Source of the DNA: the human T2T-CHM13v2.0 reference genome, Homo sapiens
Assembly (NCBI RefSeq): GCF_009914755.1
Contig: NC_060935.1
Strand: one strand, 5' to 3'
Length of the DNA stretch: 64,000 bases
Shown here: piece after piece, positions 1-15,069 of the stretch
Layout: each line of letters begins with the position of its first letter
How positions within the stretch are numbered: position 1 is the stretch's first letter
Made by a program: the position numbers and the translations under genes
Notes under the pieces: model-generated
The model's database searches: none
What the model was told of the DNA's origin: nothing
Seen by the model: the letters and a program-made list of their open reading frames with translations, nothing else

Positions 1-747
1 TCCCTCTACTATAAAGTTAAAAAAAACACCCCCTAAAGAAATTGTATTTTCTATGCTGACAGAGAGAGTCCTTCTGAACTAGGAATCTTATAACCCCTCA
101 AATTCAAAAAAATGAATGGAAGGAAATGGACTAAATCTATATAATGGTAGTATGAGAAATCAGCAAACAATAATTAACATGCATTGGCTGATGAAAATTC
201 TCTACCAAAAAGCAACCATTAAATCAGAAGAAAATTGTAACACAACATATCAAACTGAATAAAATCCTCAGATAAGCATTTGGGGATATGAAAAAGCACC
301 GTGAATTGGAAATTCAAAATATAAAAAACAGAAATAGATTAAAAAAACCACGAGTAAATTTAAAGATTATTGAATTCAAGAAAGAAATGGAAGGGGGGGA
401 ATTATAAATGAAGACTAAATTACAAGGTGTCCAAAGGAAAACAGACTAATGAAAACTTAGACACTGGATAGATGCAAAAATAAACAAATAAATACGATAC
501 AGAAAAGAAGGAAAAATGGTCAGAAAGAGAAAGTTGAACAAAAGATAAATAACTCACATATAATTGGAACCCCTGAAGAAGAAATAAAAAACAATGGAAC
601 AGAATATTTAACATTATAATCCATGAAAAATTATCAGAAATAAAAAGGATCTGAATCTACATTTTGAAAGGGATTTCCAGTTAACTGGAAAAGTAAACTT
701 TGAATGTTAACTCCAAGACACATCTCAGTAAAACTATTTAAACTTGA

Positions 748-1063
<316 letters not shown>

Positions 1064-2007
1064 GAAAAAAATTTTTTAATCCTCGAGGATTCAGGGATAC
1101 GTGATCAAATAATTTACAAGGGCAAAATAATTAGACTGGTATCAGATTTCTCAAAAAATATATATAAAGCAAGACAATAAATTTTCAAAAAACTGAAAGT
1201 GTGAACCAAGATTTTATATTCAGTCAAGCTGTCCTTCAGTATAAAACACTATAATAGAAAAACAGCTTCAAACACATAACTTAGACAATTATGTACCCCT
1301 GAGCCACTCATGAAGATCTACTAATGAATGAGCTTCATTCAACAAGAGATGACTGAAAAACTTCAGCAAAATAAAATTACAATATTTACTATATTTAATA
1401 GTAGCTTTCAGACTAAACCAACAGTAGGAATTCGAGTGCAAAACCAATACACAAACATTATATGTTGCAATCAGGTAGAAATAAAACAACTAAAAAATGG
1501 GAGCAAAAAGACGTGAGATTAAAATCATTGATCGCTGTATAGGCAATAAGTGTGAATTACAGGCATTAAAACCTGACAAACTAGATAGTAAATCTTAAAT
1601 AAGAAAATGGAGAATAAAGTATAAATACAAAGATAACCACTAGAATAAAAATTCTTAACTATCAGTAAAACATTTTCATAAAATGACAAATAGTACACAT
1701 TGCACAGAAAATAAATATAGCAAATATAACAATACAATTTTATGACAGGCTTCAAACCAAACACTCAGTCATATGAATGATGAGTGGGCTTGACTCACCT
1801 ATTCAGCTTATTTCAATTTGTCTTACAAAGCTAGAACCAACAGTATACTGTATACAAGAAACAAAGTGATGTAAGAAGACTAAAAATAATGGGATGGACA
1901 ATGAAATATAGGGGAAATGAGAACAATAAGAAAATAGGGGAGGTGATCCTGATACTAGGCAACGTAGAATCCAAGCCAAAAAAATATAAATATGACCCTC
2001 AAATCTC

Positions 2008-2309
2008 TTTTTTTTTTTTTTTTTGGGACAGAGTCGTTCTTGTTGTCCAGGCTAAAGTACAATGGGGCGATCTTGGCTTACCACAACCTCCGTCTCTCAG
2101 GTTCAAGTGATTCTCCTGCCTTAACCTCCTGAGTAGCTGGGATTATGGCGCCTGACACCACACTTGGCTAATTTTTGGTATTTTTTTTTAGTAGAGACGG
2201 GGTTTCACCATGCTGGGCAGGCTGGTCTCAAACTCCTGACTTCAGGTGATCTGCCCACCTCGGCCTCCCAAAGTGTTGGGATTACAGGCGTGAGCCACTG
2301 TGCCCGGCC
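2008..2309 (-). mobile_element. AluS (Sq/Sx-like)
   Basis: Full dimer; TSD CAAATCTC plus T-run. Confidence 0.92.
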
Positions 2310-2719
2310 CAAATCTCCTTTTTAATTCTAAAATCTGTAATTCACAATAAAGACCTAACATGAATATGTATGGTACCAAATAACACTGCAAACATTCTTA
2401 TGAAGCAAAAACTGCAGGGGATGCAGGAAGACAAAGATAGAAATGCATCAATAATGGGAGATAATAGCAAGCCACTCTCACTGTAAGACAAAATAAGTGG
2501 ACCTTTTATTACCAATTCACTCTCCCTACTCGTTAATGTCTGATCAAATTTTTCATTTATTTAGTCATATGGAAGGAAGAGCAAAACTGAAGGTGATACA
2601 ATTGTTAGGCTGTTATAGTGATCCAGAAGAGAGCTAAGGAGGCAGTCTGAAGAGAGGCTATACCAAAGAGGATAGGGAGGATGGCAGAAATGTTAAGAAA
2701 GTATACGGCTCATATAGAT

Positions 2720-5700
2720 TCTATGGTTTTAGGAATTCATCCATTTCTTCTAGGTTATCCAATTTGTTAGCAAGTTCATGGCAATCTCGTAAGATCCTTG
2801 GTATATCTGTAGTATCATGTATAATGTCTCTGCTTTATTTTCTAATTTTATTTTAGCCTTCTCTCATTTCTTAGTTTAGATCAAGGTTTGTTGATTTTAT
2901 CTTAAAAACCAACTGTTAGTTTTGTTCTTTTCTGTTGTTTTTCTAGTTTGTGTTTATTTCTGCTCTGATCTTTATTATTTCCTTCCTCCTACTAACTTTG
3001 GCCTTAATTTATTCTTCTCTTTCTAGTTCCCTAAGATATAAAGTTAGATGGTTCACAGTCTTTCTTCTTTTTCGATATAGGTGTTTATTGCTATTATCTT
3101 CCTCTTGGGACTGCTTTGGCTGCTACCCGCAAGTTTTGGCATGTGGTGTTTCCATTTTCATTTGTCTCAAGACAATTTTTAATGTCCCTTTTACTTTTGT
3201 CTTTGACCCACTGGTTGTACAGGAGAATTTGGTTTAATTCTACATATTGTGAATTTTCTGACATTTTTCCTATTATTAATTCCTAATTTCATACCACTGT
3301 GGTTGAAAGATACTGGATATGACTTTAACCTGCTTAAATTTGTTAAGTTTTCTTTTGTAGCTTAATGTATGATCTATTCTGCAGAAAGCTCTGTGTGAGC
3401 TTGAAAATAATGTGTATTCTGTTGCTATTGGATGAAATGTTCTGTATATATGTTAGATCCATTTGTCTAAACTGTGGCTCAATTCCAACATTTCCATATT
3501 GATTTTCTGTCTGCATGATCTGTACATTGTTGAAAATGGGTATTGAGGTACCCTACCATTATTGTATTGCAGTTTATCTCTTCAGATCTTTATATCTTTG
3601 CTTTATATATTTAGGTGCTCTGATGCTGAGTGCATATATATTTATAATTGTTATATCCTCTTGAATTGATCCCTTTATCATTATACAATGACCTTTGTCT
3701 CCTTGTATACATTACTTAAAATCTATTTTACCTAAGTATAGCTATCCCAGTTCTTTTGGTTTCCATTTGCATGGAATACATTTTCCATTCCTTTACCTCC
3801 AATCTATGTGTCTTTTTTTTTCTTTTCTTTTTTTTTTTTTTTTTTTTTGAGACAGAGTCTCACTCTGTTGCCAGGCTGGAGTCCGGTGGCGTGATCTCAG
3901 CTCACTGCAACCTCCACCTCCCTGCCTCAGCCTCCTGAGTAGCTGGGACTACAGGCATGTGCCACCACACCCAGCTATTTTTTGTATTTTTAGTAGAGAC
4001 GAGGTTTCACCATGTTGGCCAGGATGGTCTCGATCTCTTGACCTCGTGATCCACCCGCCTCGGCCTTCCAAAGTGCTGGGATTACAGGCGTGAGCCACCA
4101 CACCTGGCCCAATCTATGTGTCTTTAATGGTGAAATGAGCGTCTTGTATTCAGCCTAAAATCAGGTCCTTAAAAAATTCATTCAGTCCTTCAAAAGAATA
4201 GTGATGTCTTTAGTTTGGAGAATTTAATCCAATGATATTCAAGGTGATTACTGATAGGTAAGAATTTACTACAGCCATTTTGTTGTTTACCAGTTGTTTT
4301 GATAAATCCTTTGTTCCTTTCTCATCTCTTGCTGTTCTCCTTTGTGATTAGATGATTTTTTTTGCGTGACATGCTTTGATTCCTTTTTTTTTTTTTTAAT
4401 CATTTGTGTATCTACTATAGGTTTTTGCTTTGTGGTTACCATGGGACTTACATAAAATAACAGCAATGACAGGCTATATTTTAAGCTAATAACTAAACTT
4501 GATCATATAGAAACACTACCATTTTTGTAGTTTTATGTTTTTGATGCCACAATTTAAATCTCTTTATATTGTATATTACTTAGAAAGTATTGTGGTTATA
4601 ATTATAAAAGTTTTGTCTTTTAATCTTCTTACTAAAGAGATGTGATTTACACACCACCATTACAATATCTGAGTATTCTGTATTTATCTATGTACTTGCT
4701 TTTACCAGTGAGTTTTATACTTCATATGTTTTCATGTTACTAATTTAGTGTCCTTTATTTTCAGCTTGAATAATTCCCTTTAGCATTTATTAGTTTCAGG
4801 CAGGTCTAGTGGTAATGAACTCCCTCAGCTTTTGTTTGTCTGAGAAAATCTTTCTCTGTCTTTGGTTTCTGAAGGACAGCTTTGCCAGGTGAAATATTCT
4901 TGGTTGGCAGTTTTTTTCTTCAGCACATTGAATATATCATCCCACCCTTTCCTGGCCTGTAAGGTCTGTCCTGGGAAATCTGCAGATAGTCTTATTGATA
5001 TTGTTCTTAATGTAATGTGCTTCTTTGCTCTTGCTGTTTTCAGAATCCTGTCTTGAAGTTTGATTATATGTCTTCATATAATTTAGATTGAATCTTATTG
5101 GAGACCTCTGACCTTTTCATAATAGTGTGTATTTATATCTTTCCCCAGATTTGGGAGGCTTTCAGCTATTATTTTTTTCAAATCAGGTTTTGAAAAACCC
5201 TCATCCTTATTTCTATAATACATTTGTTAGCTCTTTTGATGATGTCTCATAAATCCTGTAGTCTTTCTTCATTCCATTATTTTTTCTCCTTTGACCATAT
5301 TATTTTGAAATAGAGTTCACACATATTTTTTTCTCCTGCTTGATTAGTTCTGCCATTCTCCTTTTTGCATTTTTCATTTCATTCATTGTATTCTTTAGCC
5401 CCAAAATTTGTTTGGTTCTTTTAGTGATTTCAACCTGTTAAATTTATCGTTTTGTTGATTTATTGTTTCCCTGATTTCATAGAACTGATTCTCTGTATTT
5501 TCTTGAAGTTCACTGAGATTCCTTAAAACAATTACTTTAAATTATCTGTAAGGCAGTGTATAGTCTCTATTTATTTGCAGCTTCTAGGAAATTATTGTTC
5601 TTTTGGTGGTAATATGTCTCCTTGATTTTTCATGTTTCTTGCTGCCCTGTTGATGTCTGTGCATTTGGTGGGGGTAGCCATCTCTTTCAGATTTTATGCA

Positions 5701-6904
5701 CTGGTTTCAGTGGGGAAAGGCTTTCCCCTATGGGAGGGTGCTAGGCCCCTGGCTGGGTGAGGTGCAGTGGTTCTGGTTCCAGATAGGACACAGCAGTATA
5801 GTCTCCATGGAGTTCTGTCAGCTGAGGTCAAAGTGACAAAGATTGCAGGGATCCTCAGCAGCCAGTACTGTGAATGTCCACAGCAGAGGTGAGGGCTATT
5901 GGGATTGTCAGTGGCAATGGCTGCTAGGTTCTCCCAATCTCTTATTCTCCCACCAATGAATCTTTCGACAATGGGATCTCTTTTGGCACAAGGTCTGGCT
6001 TGTGGGCCTGCTCACGGTGGCAGTGGTACAGGTGTCTGATGAGTGGCATGTAAAGCAGCCATGGAGCCAAGTCTTGAAGTATGAGCATGAGCAGAGGGAC
6101 TATGGCTCTGGGATCCAAGGCATTAATGGCATTGGTGCTGGGATGAAGGCACCCCCACTTGCATGTTGGTGCTTATGAAGTAATGGGTAAGCCAGGGAAC
6201 CTGGGACAGGACTATGGGCATGAATAGAGCTACAGTGGCTGCAGGGTTAGGGATGCCAGCTAGCTCTCTATGGCAGCTAAGTTTGTACCCAGAGCATAGG
6301 CATGCATGGAGAGACCTTGGCTCTGGGACCCACACATGATCTAGCTTGCTATGGTTCTGGTGTATGAGACATGGGTACACAGAATAAACCCTCAGAGAAG
6401 GGGTCAGGAATGTGGGCACTTGTGGAACAGCCACAGCTCAGAGGTTGGAGGCATGCACAGGGATGGGAAATGTGGCAGCTCCAGTCCCAGAATAGCACAA
6501 GAGCAACTGATTCTTAGGGGTTATGGGAGTGTGCAGCCACATCTCCCTCTATGGGGTTCCTGGACAGGAATGGCTGTTGGTTACCTCTGTTGCAAAAGAT
6601 GCCACTGTCCTCTGCAAAGCAGGCTCCTGGGAACCACAGCAGTTCACCTGTACAGCTGATACCAATATCCTCTGCATTTCTTCGTTCCTAACCATCTCCT
6701 GGTGCCTCAAGTATGCCAATTTCAACAGCAATCCTTTCTGTGGATATTCTTCTTTTTTTTCTCCAGTGTGTTGCGGCAGATTCTTAAATAGATCCTTGAG
6801 CACTATCAGGGCTATTCTGGTTTGTGAATGGCTATCTATATTTTTTTATGGGGAGATTAAGGCTTGTAGATCTACTACTCTGCCATATTGGTGACATCAC
6901 TCCC
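2720..6904 (-). mobile_element. Old L1M 5' half (5' UTR, ORF1, EN region), antisense
   Basis: T-rich antisense ORF2/ORF1 landmarks; GC-richer UTR at 5700-6900 ending ctctgccatattgg, resembling an antisense L1 start. Confidence 0.7.
3813..4109 (-). mobile_element. AluSc with a ~20-bp internal deletion
   Basis: 16-bp TSD CAATCTATGTGTCTTT at 3800-3815 and 4110-4125; Sc-type GATCTCTTGACCTCGTG. Confidence 0.92.
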
Positions 6905-7038
6905 AGGACTTCCTTAAAATGCCAGTGAATAGATTCTTAAGGTGGCCTCCATTATGTTCTAATCTTGGTTTTCACATCCTTGTATGACCCCATCCCCTTA
7001 AGTGTGAGGAGGACCTGTGACTTGCTTCTAAGCAATGC

Positions 7039-7545
7039 AGTAGTGCCCTCTTATGTGTGGGGGATATGTTCCAAGACCCCTAGTGGATCCCTGAAACCAC
7101 AGACAGTACTGAACCCAATTGCCATTAATTGGAACACATTTCTGTTCATGTCTTCCACCCACAAATTTAATGCTTTTCCTGTCTTAACCAAGCACTTATG
7201 CACTGTGACTGTAACTTTTGCAGCTTGAGGTGTGACAGCAAAACTAGCACAAATTTGTTTTTCCTTCTTCACAATTTCATAGACGATTTGTTCTCACAGA
7301 TCTTAGCAATCTCAACACATAATTTATTTTATCTCCTTACTAAGCCAAGAACTTTCACCTTTTCACTTAAAGGGGGCATTTTATAACTTCTCTTTGGCAT
7401 ATCTAAATTGCCAGCTCTTGAGCTTTGGGGCCATTATTAAAATAAGGGTTACTTGAACACAAGCACTGAAATACCACCACAATCAATCTGAAAATGAAGA
7501 TGACTACTGAGTGACTAACGGGCACATAGTGTAGACTACTGGATA
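7039..7545. mobile_element. TcMar-Tigger DNA transposon relic (MER44/Tigger7-like)
   Basis: Starts cagtagtgccctcttatgtgtgggggatatgttccaagacccc, matching the family terminus as I recall it. Confidence 0.7.
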
Positions 7546-8559
7546 TATCTTTATTCCTATACATGTTTTTTAGCTTTGTTCTGGAATTCAGTTAAGTGAC
7601 TTGGAAACAGTTTGATCCTTTTGTCTCTTATATTTAAGATTTGTTTGTCAAGACTACTAGATCAATACTCAGTCTCTGAAAAATGATTCTATATTACTGA
7701 GACAATTATTCTATGCTACACACCACCATTACGTGTACTCTATCCAATTCCCAGTCAATCATGACATTTTCCATTCTAGCTTGTGGAAAATGTCACCTCT
7801 AACTCTTTTGGGGTAGGTCAATCTTGGCCTAGCCTCGAGTAGTTTCCTCAAGGCATGCACTAATCAGTGCACAGATGCTCAAAGGTGACCCTCTGCATAC
7901 CTCTAGTGTTTTCTCTCTGTACAGCAATCCTTCCTCTAGTAATCTGTTTTTCTGACTTGGTCTATCTAGGCTCACAGCTCCATTTCCTCAACTTGGATAG
8001 TCAACAAGCTGTTTCCCAATCCTGGACTACAGCTTGGAAACTCTCTCAAAGCATTAAGAGAGGACAATTGTAGGACTCATCTCATTTGTTTCCCATCTCA
8101 CAGGGATCATTGTACCTTGCTGTATGATGTCCCATGTCTTGAAATCATTGTTTCATATACAGTTTGTTTGTTGGTTGTTTTAGGCAGCAAGGTAATCGGG
8201 CCACTATCTTGTCTGGAAGCGTAATACTTGAGCTACTTCTTATGAAAAAGAAAGGCTGACTCAGGGTTAAAACAAGAGCACAGAGGACAGAGAAAAGAGC
8301 CACAGAATCTTCTCAAGAAGCAGGACAGATCACCTAATCAAGAAACTGGCAATATATACTTAATTTTAAAATTTCTAGTGAACAGTGACTGCTATATTCC
8401 TCCTATTTTCTTACTTTTCCATCAATGTGCCTACTGCAGTTAATGTATGTTTCTCTTACTATTGTGTTTGGTGAGTGTTTGTGTGGAGGTGGTGCAGATC
8501 TTATGTTCACAAATCTTCAGAGTGAGTGGAAGCACACCTGAGTAGTTTCATCTCCATCT

Positions 8560-9210
8560 GGGTCTGATTCAGATGAGACCTAAACCTCAAGCCTAAGCCT
8601 AGTTACTGACTGGGATGAAACTTTCTTGAGAGGATCTGAATATATTTTCATGTGGGAGAAATATAAATTTGTGGCCAGAGGGTAAATTGGTGTTCACACT
8701 CCTTCTATCAAGAGGTAGAATTATGACCCCACTTCTTGAATATACGTGGGCTCTGTGACAACTCTGACATACAGAAAATAATGATGCTGTGCCACTATCT
8801 GGGCCCAGGCCCCAAGATGGCACCTTCTACCTCTTAGGCCTTGGAACTGCCCTTTGGAATGGTTGTTCTGGGAGAAGCCAGAGCCATACAGCAAGTCCAA
8901 CTAAAACAAAATTGCTATATATGGAGAAAGTCATACTAGCCAGTCTCTAGCTGCTCCAGTCATTCTAGCCCAGGCACCAGACATACGAGTGAAGGAACCA
9001 TGTTGAATATTCTACACCAGCATATACCATATGGAGAACAGAGGACCTAGACATACAGCTTCAGTCATCTCCAGATGGGTTTAAACCACTCTAGCTGAGG
9101 CCCCAGACATCATGAAGCAGAGGCAAATCATCCAGCTGAGCCCGTATCAAATGCCTCACCTATAAAACACTAGATATAATAAAATGGCTATTACTATAAG
9201 CCACTAAGGC
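8560..9210 (+). mobile_element. MaLR MLT1-type LTR relic
   Basis: gggctctgtgac...gccccagacatcatgaagcagag...aataaaatggctattactataagccactaag pattern. Confidence 0.6.
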
Positions 9211-10280
9211 AGAGAGTTTTTATTCACTAATGTATCCCTTACATGCAGAACAGTGACTGGCATATTAAAGACACTGAAGTATTTGTTGTGAGCCAACTTA
9301 AAAATGGTATTTCTAGATCCCGTAGAAAGTGAGTGCAGTGGATAAAAAAATAAGGTTTGAAAGTAGGCATTTCAACATTTAGAGGTTGAGGAGATGAAGA
9401 GGAACCAGCAAAGGAGACTGAGAGAATACAACTAGTAAGAAAGAAGAATAAATAAGAAACAGTGTTCTAGAATCAAAGTAAAGAAAGTGTTTCATAAAGG
9501 GGAAATGATCAAGTATGTCATGGATATGCTGATAGATAAAGATGAGCACTGAGCTTTAATTCTGGATTTGCTAGTGTGGAAAGTCACCGATGACCTTGAC
9601 CTGAAGAGTTTGGTAGAATGATGAGGGTGAAGTCGAACTTCATCCTCACTGCACTGAGAACAGAATTAGAATGGAGGAAGAGAAAACAGACTTTAAAAAA
9701 ATGAGTTTCCTGTCAACTGGACACAGGGCTAGAGGGGAGATGCAATGCCAAGATTTGCTGTTGATATATTATATAAATATTTTTGTATGCTAATAAGAAT
9801 AATCCTGTAAAGAAGAGCAAAAAATAATAATATAGAGAGAAGAGGCAATGTAGTAGTTGAGAAGGGATAAAATCCAGTACATAAATAAGTGGATTGGCCC
9901 TAGATAAGAAAAACAAAAAAATTTATCTGGAATTAGGAAGAGAAAAAGTAAGAGTTCACAGGTATACATGCAGGTATACTGACAAGACGTGCTACAAATT
10001 TCCTTCCATTTGCTTCTATTTTCTCAGTAAAATAGGAAGCACGGTCATAATCTGGGAATGAAGAGAGGGGAGATGTGAAATAGTCCTTTAGCACTGTACT
10101 CAAGTATACTTGGCACATATCTCACTTGAGAACTTATCACATTGTGCTATAATTATTTATGTATATATCTTTTTCCACTAAATTATAAAATAATTTAAGG
10201 TAGAGGAAGTACTTTTCATTTTTGCATTACCAGCACATAACACAGTGCTCTACAAACAAATGTTTGTTAATTTGCTGATT
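9210..10280. mobile_element. L2 fragments
   Basis: gaggaaccagcaaaggagactgag and cagcacataacacagtgc...tgaataaat L2 landmarks. Confidence 0.55.
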
Positions 10281-10527
10281 GAATAAATTAGTGTTATTGA
10301 TTCCTTTAAGATTTGGAAGCAAAGCCAAGAGTTTTAAAATAGCAATCAATAAATACTGTCAAACATCTACTTCATATATATGCCTAAGTGTATGTTGCAA
10401 ATATTCAAAAACTGAAAACATTAAACTTCAACTTATTTATGAAATCAAAAAAAACTACAGACAGAACACATACATTTTGCTTTTTAACATATTAGGGAAG
10501 CAATGAGATGCTAACATAAAACATACA

Positions 10528-10865
10528 GACATGGATGAAGCTGGAAACCACCACTCTCAGCAAACTATCACAAGAATAATCCAGCAAACTATCACAAGAA
10601 TAGAAAGCCAAACACCGCATGTTCTCACTCATAAGTGGGAGTTGAACAATGAAAACACATGGACACAGGGAGGGGAACATCACACACCGGGGCCTGTCAG
10701 GGGGTCGGGGGGCTAGGGAGGGATAGCATTAGGAGAAATACCTAATGTGGATGATGGGTTGATGGGTGCAGCAAACCACCATGTCACATGCATACCTATA
10801 TAACAAAACTGCACGTTCTGCACATGTACCCCAGAACTTAAAATATAATTTAAAAAAGAGAAGAA
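10528..10865 (+). mobile_element. 5'-truncated L1PA 3' end (L1PA7-10-like) with a 24-nt tandem duplication
   Basis: ORF2 end plus 3' UTR and A-tail; CAGCAAACTATCACAAGAATA at 10558 and 10582. Confidence 0.88.
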
Positions 10866-11136
10866 ACAATGTGTAGAGTTATAAGTTACAGTGGAGCACA
10901 CCTCACACTGAATCTAGGTATCCAACATTTCATACAAAAAGGTTCAGCTTCCAAAAAGCCAATAGCTGAAAAAAAAGTTACTACAACAATAATTTCCATT
11001 AAGAAAAAGAAAAGTAGGAGCACTCAAAACATAAAAACCCTATACTTACAAAATATGACTATGGTGTGAGTTGAGAACAAATAAAAATTACGTTCCTTGG
11101 ATCAAGTAAGGGACAACAGAATGTCCCATACTCTCA

Positions 11137-11320
11137 TCCAGGCATGGTGGCTCATACCTGCAATCCCAGCACTTTGGGAAGCTGAAACAGGAGGATAGCT
11201 TGAGACTAGGAGTTCAAGGCTACAGTGAACTATGATTGGGCCACTGCACTCCAGCCTGGGTGACAAAGCCAGACTCTGTCTTAATAAATAAAAACAAAAC
11301 AAAAAGATAAATAAATAAAA
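11137..11320 (+). mobile_element. Alu monomer (FRAM/AluJ-like)
   Basis: Single arm with J-type gaggatagcttgag and an A-rich tail. Confidence 0.85.
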
Positions 11321-11499
11321 ACTCTCATTACTTAAGATTTTACGACAATCAGTACAACTCAAAACCAATGATTTGGCTATAAATTTTAACTTTCATGCAA
11401 ACCCCAAACAACCCTAAAATATGTTATTTGGAAGAATTACTTTTAGAACCACCAAAATTCAAAGATACTATTTAAAAATCCAGAAATAAAAACAAATTT

Positions 11500-12061
11500 G
11501 AATCATACAAATTTTCAGTATCATTTAATTCTTTAATACTTTGGGGACATTTCCTTTTCCTTTAACAAAAAGAATAGAAGTGATACTATATACTGCTAGT
11601 AGAAAATTAAGAGCTTTTCTATAAAATCCTATGAAATTAAAATTAAATCGTCTTATTTTTAAAAATGCAAAAGAAGCCAGACAGTAGACTTAACAACCAT
11701 GAAGCAGACCCACTTCCCTCTGAACCAAGGATTTCCTATGCTTTTTAGATATCCCTTCAGAAAAGGCCTTCTCTAAATTAACTGAACAATTCGGAATACC
11801 AAGAAGTAGGTAGAGAGCAGGAATGTGAGCAGATCATCGAATATATGTTTTTACTCCATGGTGACTAAAATGAAGTCCATAGATAGGAGCAGGTGAAGAA
11901 GAAAACAACACAATCTCCTGATGTACAGTTGTCACTGACCCAGAGCAGTCTGCTGCTGTGACTCTCTCTGCCTGTGACCTGAGGGTCAGTTGCTTCATTA
12001 GATGCAATGGAAATAAAACTGAACGGGATCTGAAGAAAAATTTTAAAATGGAAGGTACACC
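11500..12061 (-). terminator. CWF19L2: Probable CWF19L2 3' UTR with tandem ATTAAA poly(A) signals (11537-11532 and 11529-11524)
   Basis: Repeat-free sequence after the stop; two ATTAAA hexamers followed by T-rich sequence on the minus strand. The cleavage site is inferred. Confidence 0.55.
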
Positions 12062-12205
12062 TCAATAGTTTTTACTTTTGGTGAAGTCATATGGTTTCCA
12101 CCACTGAGCAAACTGCAGTGCTTTTTTCCTCTGATCCTCAAAGCTTTCTCGGATGCCTTTCCTCCAAAGTCTTGGTTCTATATCCAGCATCCCACCTATG
12201 ATTTC
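12062..12205 (-). CDS. CWF19L2: CWF19L2 terminal coding exon ([16 protein letters not shown]...[13 protein letters not shown])
   Basis: ctctttctttaaaag acceptor; 47 codons then TGA at 12064-12062; the W.PYDFT ending is typical of Cwf19/CwfJ proteins. Confidence 0.95.
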   Translation of the reverse strand, partial: EIIGGMLDIEPRLWRKGIRESFEDQRKKALQFAQWWKPYDFTKSKNY

Positions 12206-14589
12206 CTTTTAAAGAAAGAGAAAAGCACAAACACAAGCATGTATAAATAATGAAAACAGAAATGAAACTATTTCTGTTTATTCTGCTATAAAATATAACA
12301 AGTTCTTCTCCATGACAATGTTCAAGCATAAATACTAGTTGAAGTTAAAAAAATATGTTTTCAGTTAATTCTAACTAGGCAAACCGTGTGATTCTAAGAG
12401 TCCAAGTTAGCTGCATCTCCTATCAAGCAATTTGTCCATTTTGTTGCTTATTAGCACATCTACTAGATGGTAACAAAGGGGAGGGAAAACAAGTGAAATT
12501 TAATTAATATGATCTCTATTAGAGGCTCCCGTAAACAATTTTGCAAAAATGTTAATCAACTTCTAGCAATTATTAACTTTACTGCTCAACTGCAGTTGAA
12601 TCCCAAGCTAATGTTCTCTCTCTGCTACCAAGTATATTTATAAATTAGTTTCTTCCACTATTAGCAGAAATCTTTTTTCATGAAACAAAATCCTATTGTA
12701 ATACTAGTTTAAGTAAACCTATTGATAGAATTAAAAATTATATATCACTTTCATTTAAAAAATCACATTCTCAAGTCCCATAATAAATGGCTTTTTGGTT
12801 ATCTGATTATTATTCTTGATTTCCTTCATGATCCTCTTCCTGTGCTGTTAGCTATAGAAATAAATCAAATTTAGGCATGTGAGTATCCATGAACAGAAAG
12901 ACATGGGGGAGCCTCCTAATGCTTAAATGCTTAGAGGGAGGGCAGTATGGTAACAAAGCAAAAAACAAAAAACAAAACAACAACAACAAAAAACAGACTA
13001 AGGATCAAATTCTGCATAGTCGGTCTAGCTCCACCAGACTGTGTGGTGAGATCCTGCACAAACCACATAATCTTTCAGATGCAGGTTCTTCATCTTACTT
13101 AGGGACCTACTATGCAGAAGCAAATGCCGTATGTTGTAGGGGATACAGAGATTGTGGGGTGAAGACACACAGTTGTCTTCAGACAGAATAGAATCTGGAG
13201 CTGTGGTGGGAGGAATAATAATCCAGCTATGCAGCAGACTGTCTCATAAAGTAGAAGGTAAGTGTCAAAGCAGACCATTTGTGGAGACTCAAAAAAAAAA
13301 AAAAAAAAACAATCTATTTGTTGGCCAGACCAGGAGATGCTTCATGGAAAAGGGAATCTCCTGTCATCAGGGAAGGGAAATAAAGGGGTCAACAGAGATA
13401 GTAGAAAAGAGAAATAGGGCAAATTGAGATTTAGTTCAAGAGTTTCTCAGCATCGGTCCAAATAAGCAATGTAGTTTAAGAAAGCCTAGCTTATAAAAGT
13501 TTACCTAAAATTGTCTATAAAATACCAAGTTTTGTCTTACATCTACCATATAAGCTTGACTCTTGTTCTGTTATCAAAGCAGCTGTTAATGGAAAGACTA
13601 TCCCCATAATCTCTTCTTGCTCTCTGAACAACTGCTTCAGCAGCAGACTGCAGGGAGGTCTTGAGCCCACAGGCTATTTCTTAAAAAGCAAATTTTGAGG
13701 AAAATGGCTCAGTGACGCAATGCTGACAGAGAAAATTTACTTTTAACTCCAAAACTGAATCATATAAACCAGAATGCATGAATAATATGTGAAGAAAGGG
13801 CAATCTCCCAGTTTAATATATACAACTTTTTAAAAATGGATATTTTACTTCCTTTTTTCTAGGACCAAATTTTTGTTTTGTTTTGTTTTTCTGTTTTTGT
13901 TTTTAATAAATCCAGCCATAGAGCTTTTGGTTATAAAGCTCTACTGTATAACAACAGGATTTTTCAGAACAGTGAAAACACATTTCTTTCTAGTTAAAAA
14001 AAATTCTGAACACTTCTCAAACTTGTTTCTGTAATATGTTATAACAGTTCAAAGATGCATGTTACTTTGTTATGCTGGTTAACCCACTAAGGACAAGAGC
14101 ATTAAAAAGTTTTGAATCAAACCTCTGGAGTTGAGATTCCTCTTCAGATATTTCTACTCATTGCAGAAGATGTTCCTCTGCAGGAGATGAAAGTGGGGAG
14201 CAGGGTGGAGAACAGGGAATCCCAAGCAGAGTTCACCAAGGCCCCTCTTTTTCAGAGGGCCTGGCTACATAGGGATAAATATGAATGGAAAGGCCTGATC
14301 TATACTAGATTAAAGGCTCACTTCTAGAGCAATCATTGCCCAGACTACTTTTGACTGTTTCAGTTGCTGCATTAACTTTATTCCAGTTCCTGACACTATT
14401 CTGTAGACTTTAATTTAAAGATTATACCCCACAGAATATAAGAAGGCAATCTGTGGTAGTGAATCAAAAGATCTGTATGCTAATATCTGCCCAGAAACTA
14501 TCAGCGTAAAATGAGTCATGTGTTCTTCTTGGGCTACGCCTTGCTTAATTATAAATGAAGATGAGAAAATTGGTTCTCTAGTTCAACCA

Positions 14590-14790
14590 TGACTATATGT
14601 ACTCCTAGTTCTACCACTTATTAGCGCATTACCCTGGGCAAGTTACCTAATCTCTCTGTAGCTCAGTTTCTTCATCTGTAAAGTGAAATTTATAATAATA
14701 TCCACACAATAGGATTATTGTGAGCATTAAATGAATGCTTAGAACAGTAGCTGGCACACTGTAAGCCCTTAATAAGTTTTAACAATTATC
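14590..14790 (+). mobile_element. MIR
   Basis: Core ctgggcaagttacctaatctctctgtagctcagtttcttcatctgtaaa. Confidence 0.8.
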
Positions 14791-15069
14791 ATCATTCTCA
14801 ACACAAGCCTGGCTTCCTCCAAAAACAACCATTATAGTAATTGTTGACACCGTCAAGAAATGTTTGGTTCCAAAGTAACATTCCTGGCTCTGTTATATAC
14901 ATTCTGGGATATTTTTATTAATAGTTGCTAGGTATTCCCTCTCTAAAAACTGGGTGGAGCAGTACTCACCAATTTCTTTGTATACTGTGCCCAAAGTTTT
15001 TATTTCCTTTCAAAAGAAAAATGTTACCAAATTGCTAACTCTGGGATTTTATCAAATTTGTAAGCCTAC

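Noticed and set aside
5700-6900. GC-richer block with several overlapping ORFs as a separate gene or promoter
   Set aside because: It is contiguous with the antisense old L1 and ends in an L1-start-like motif; best explained as its 5' UTR.
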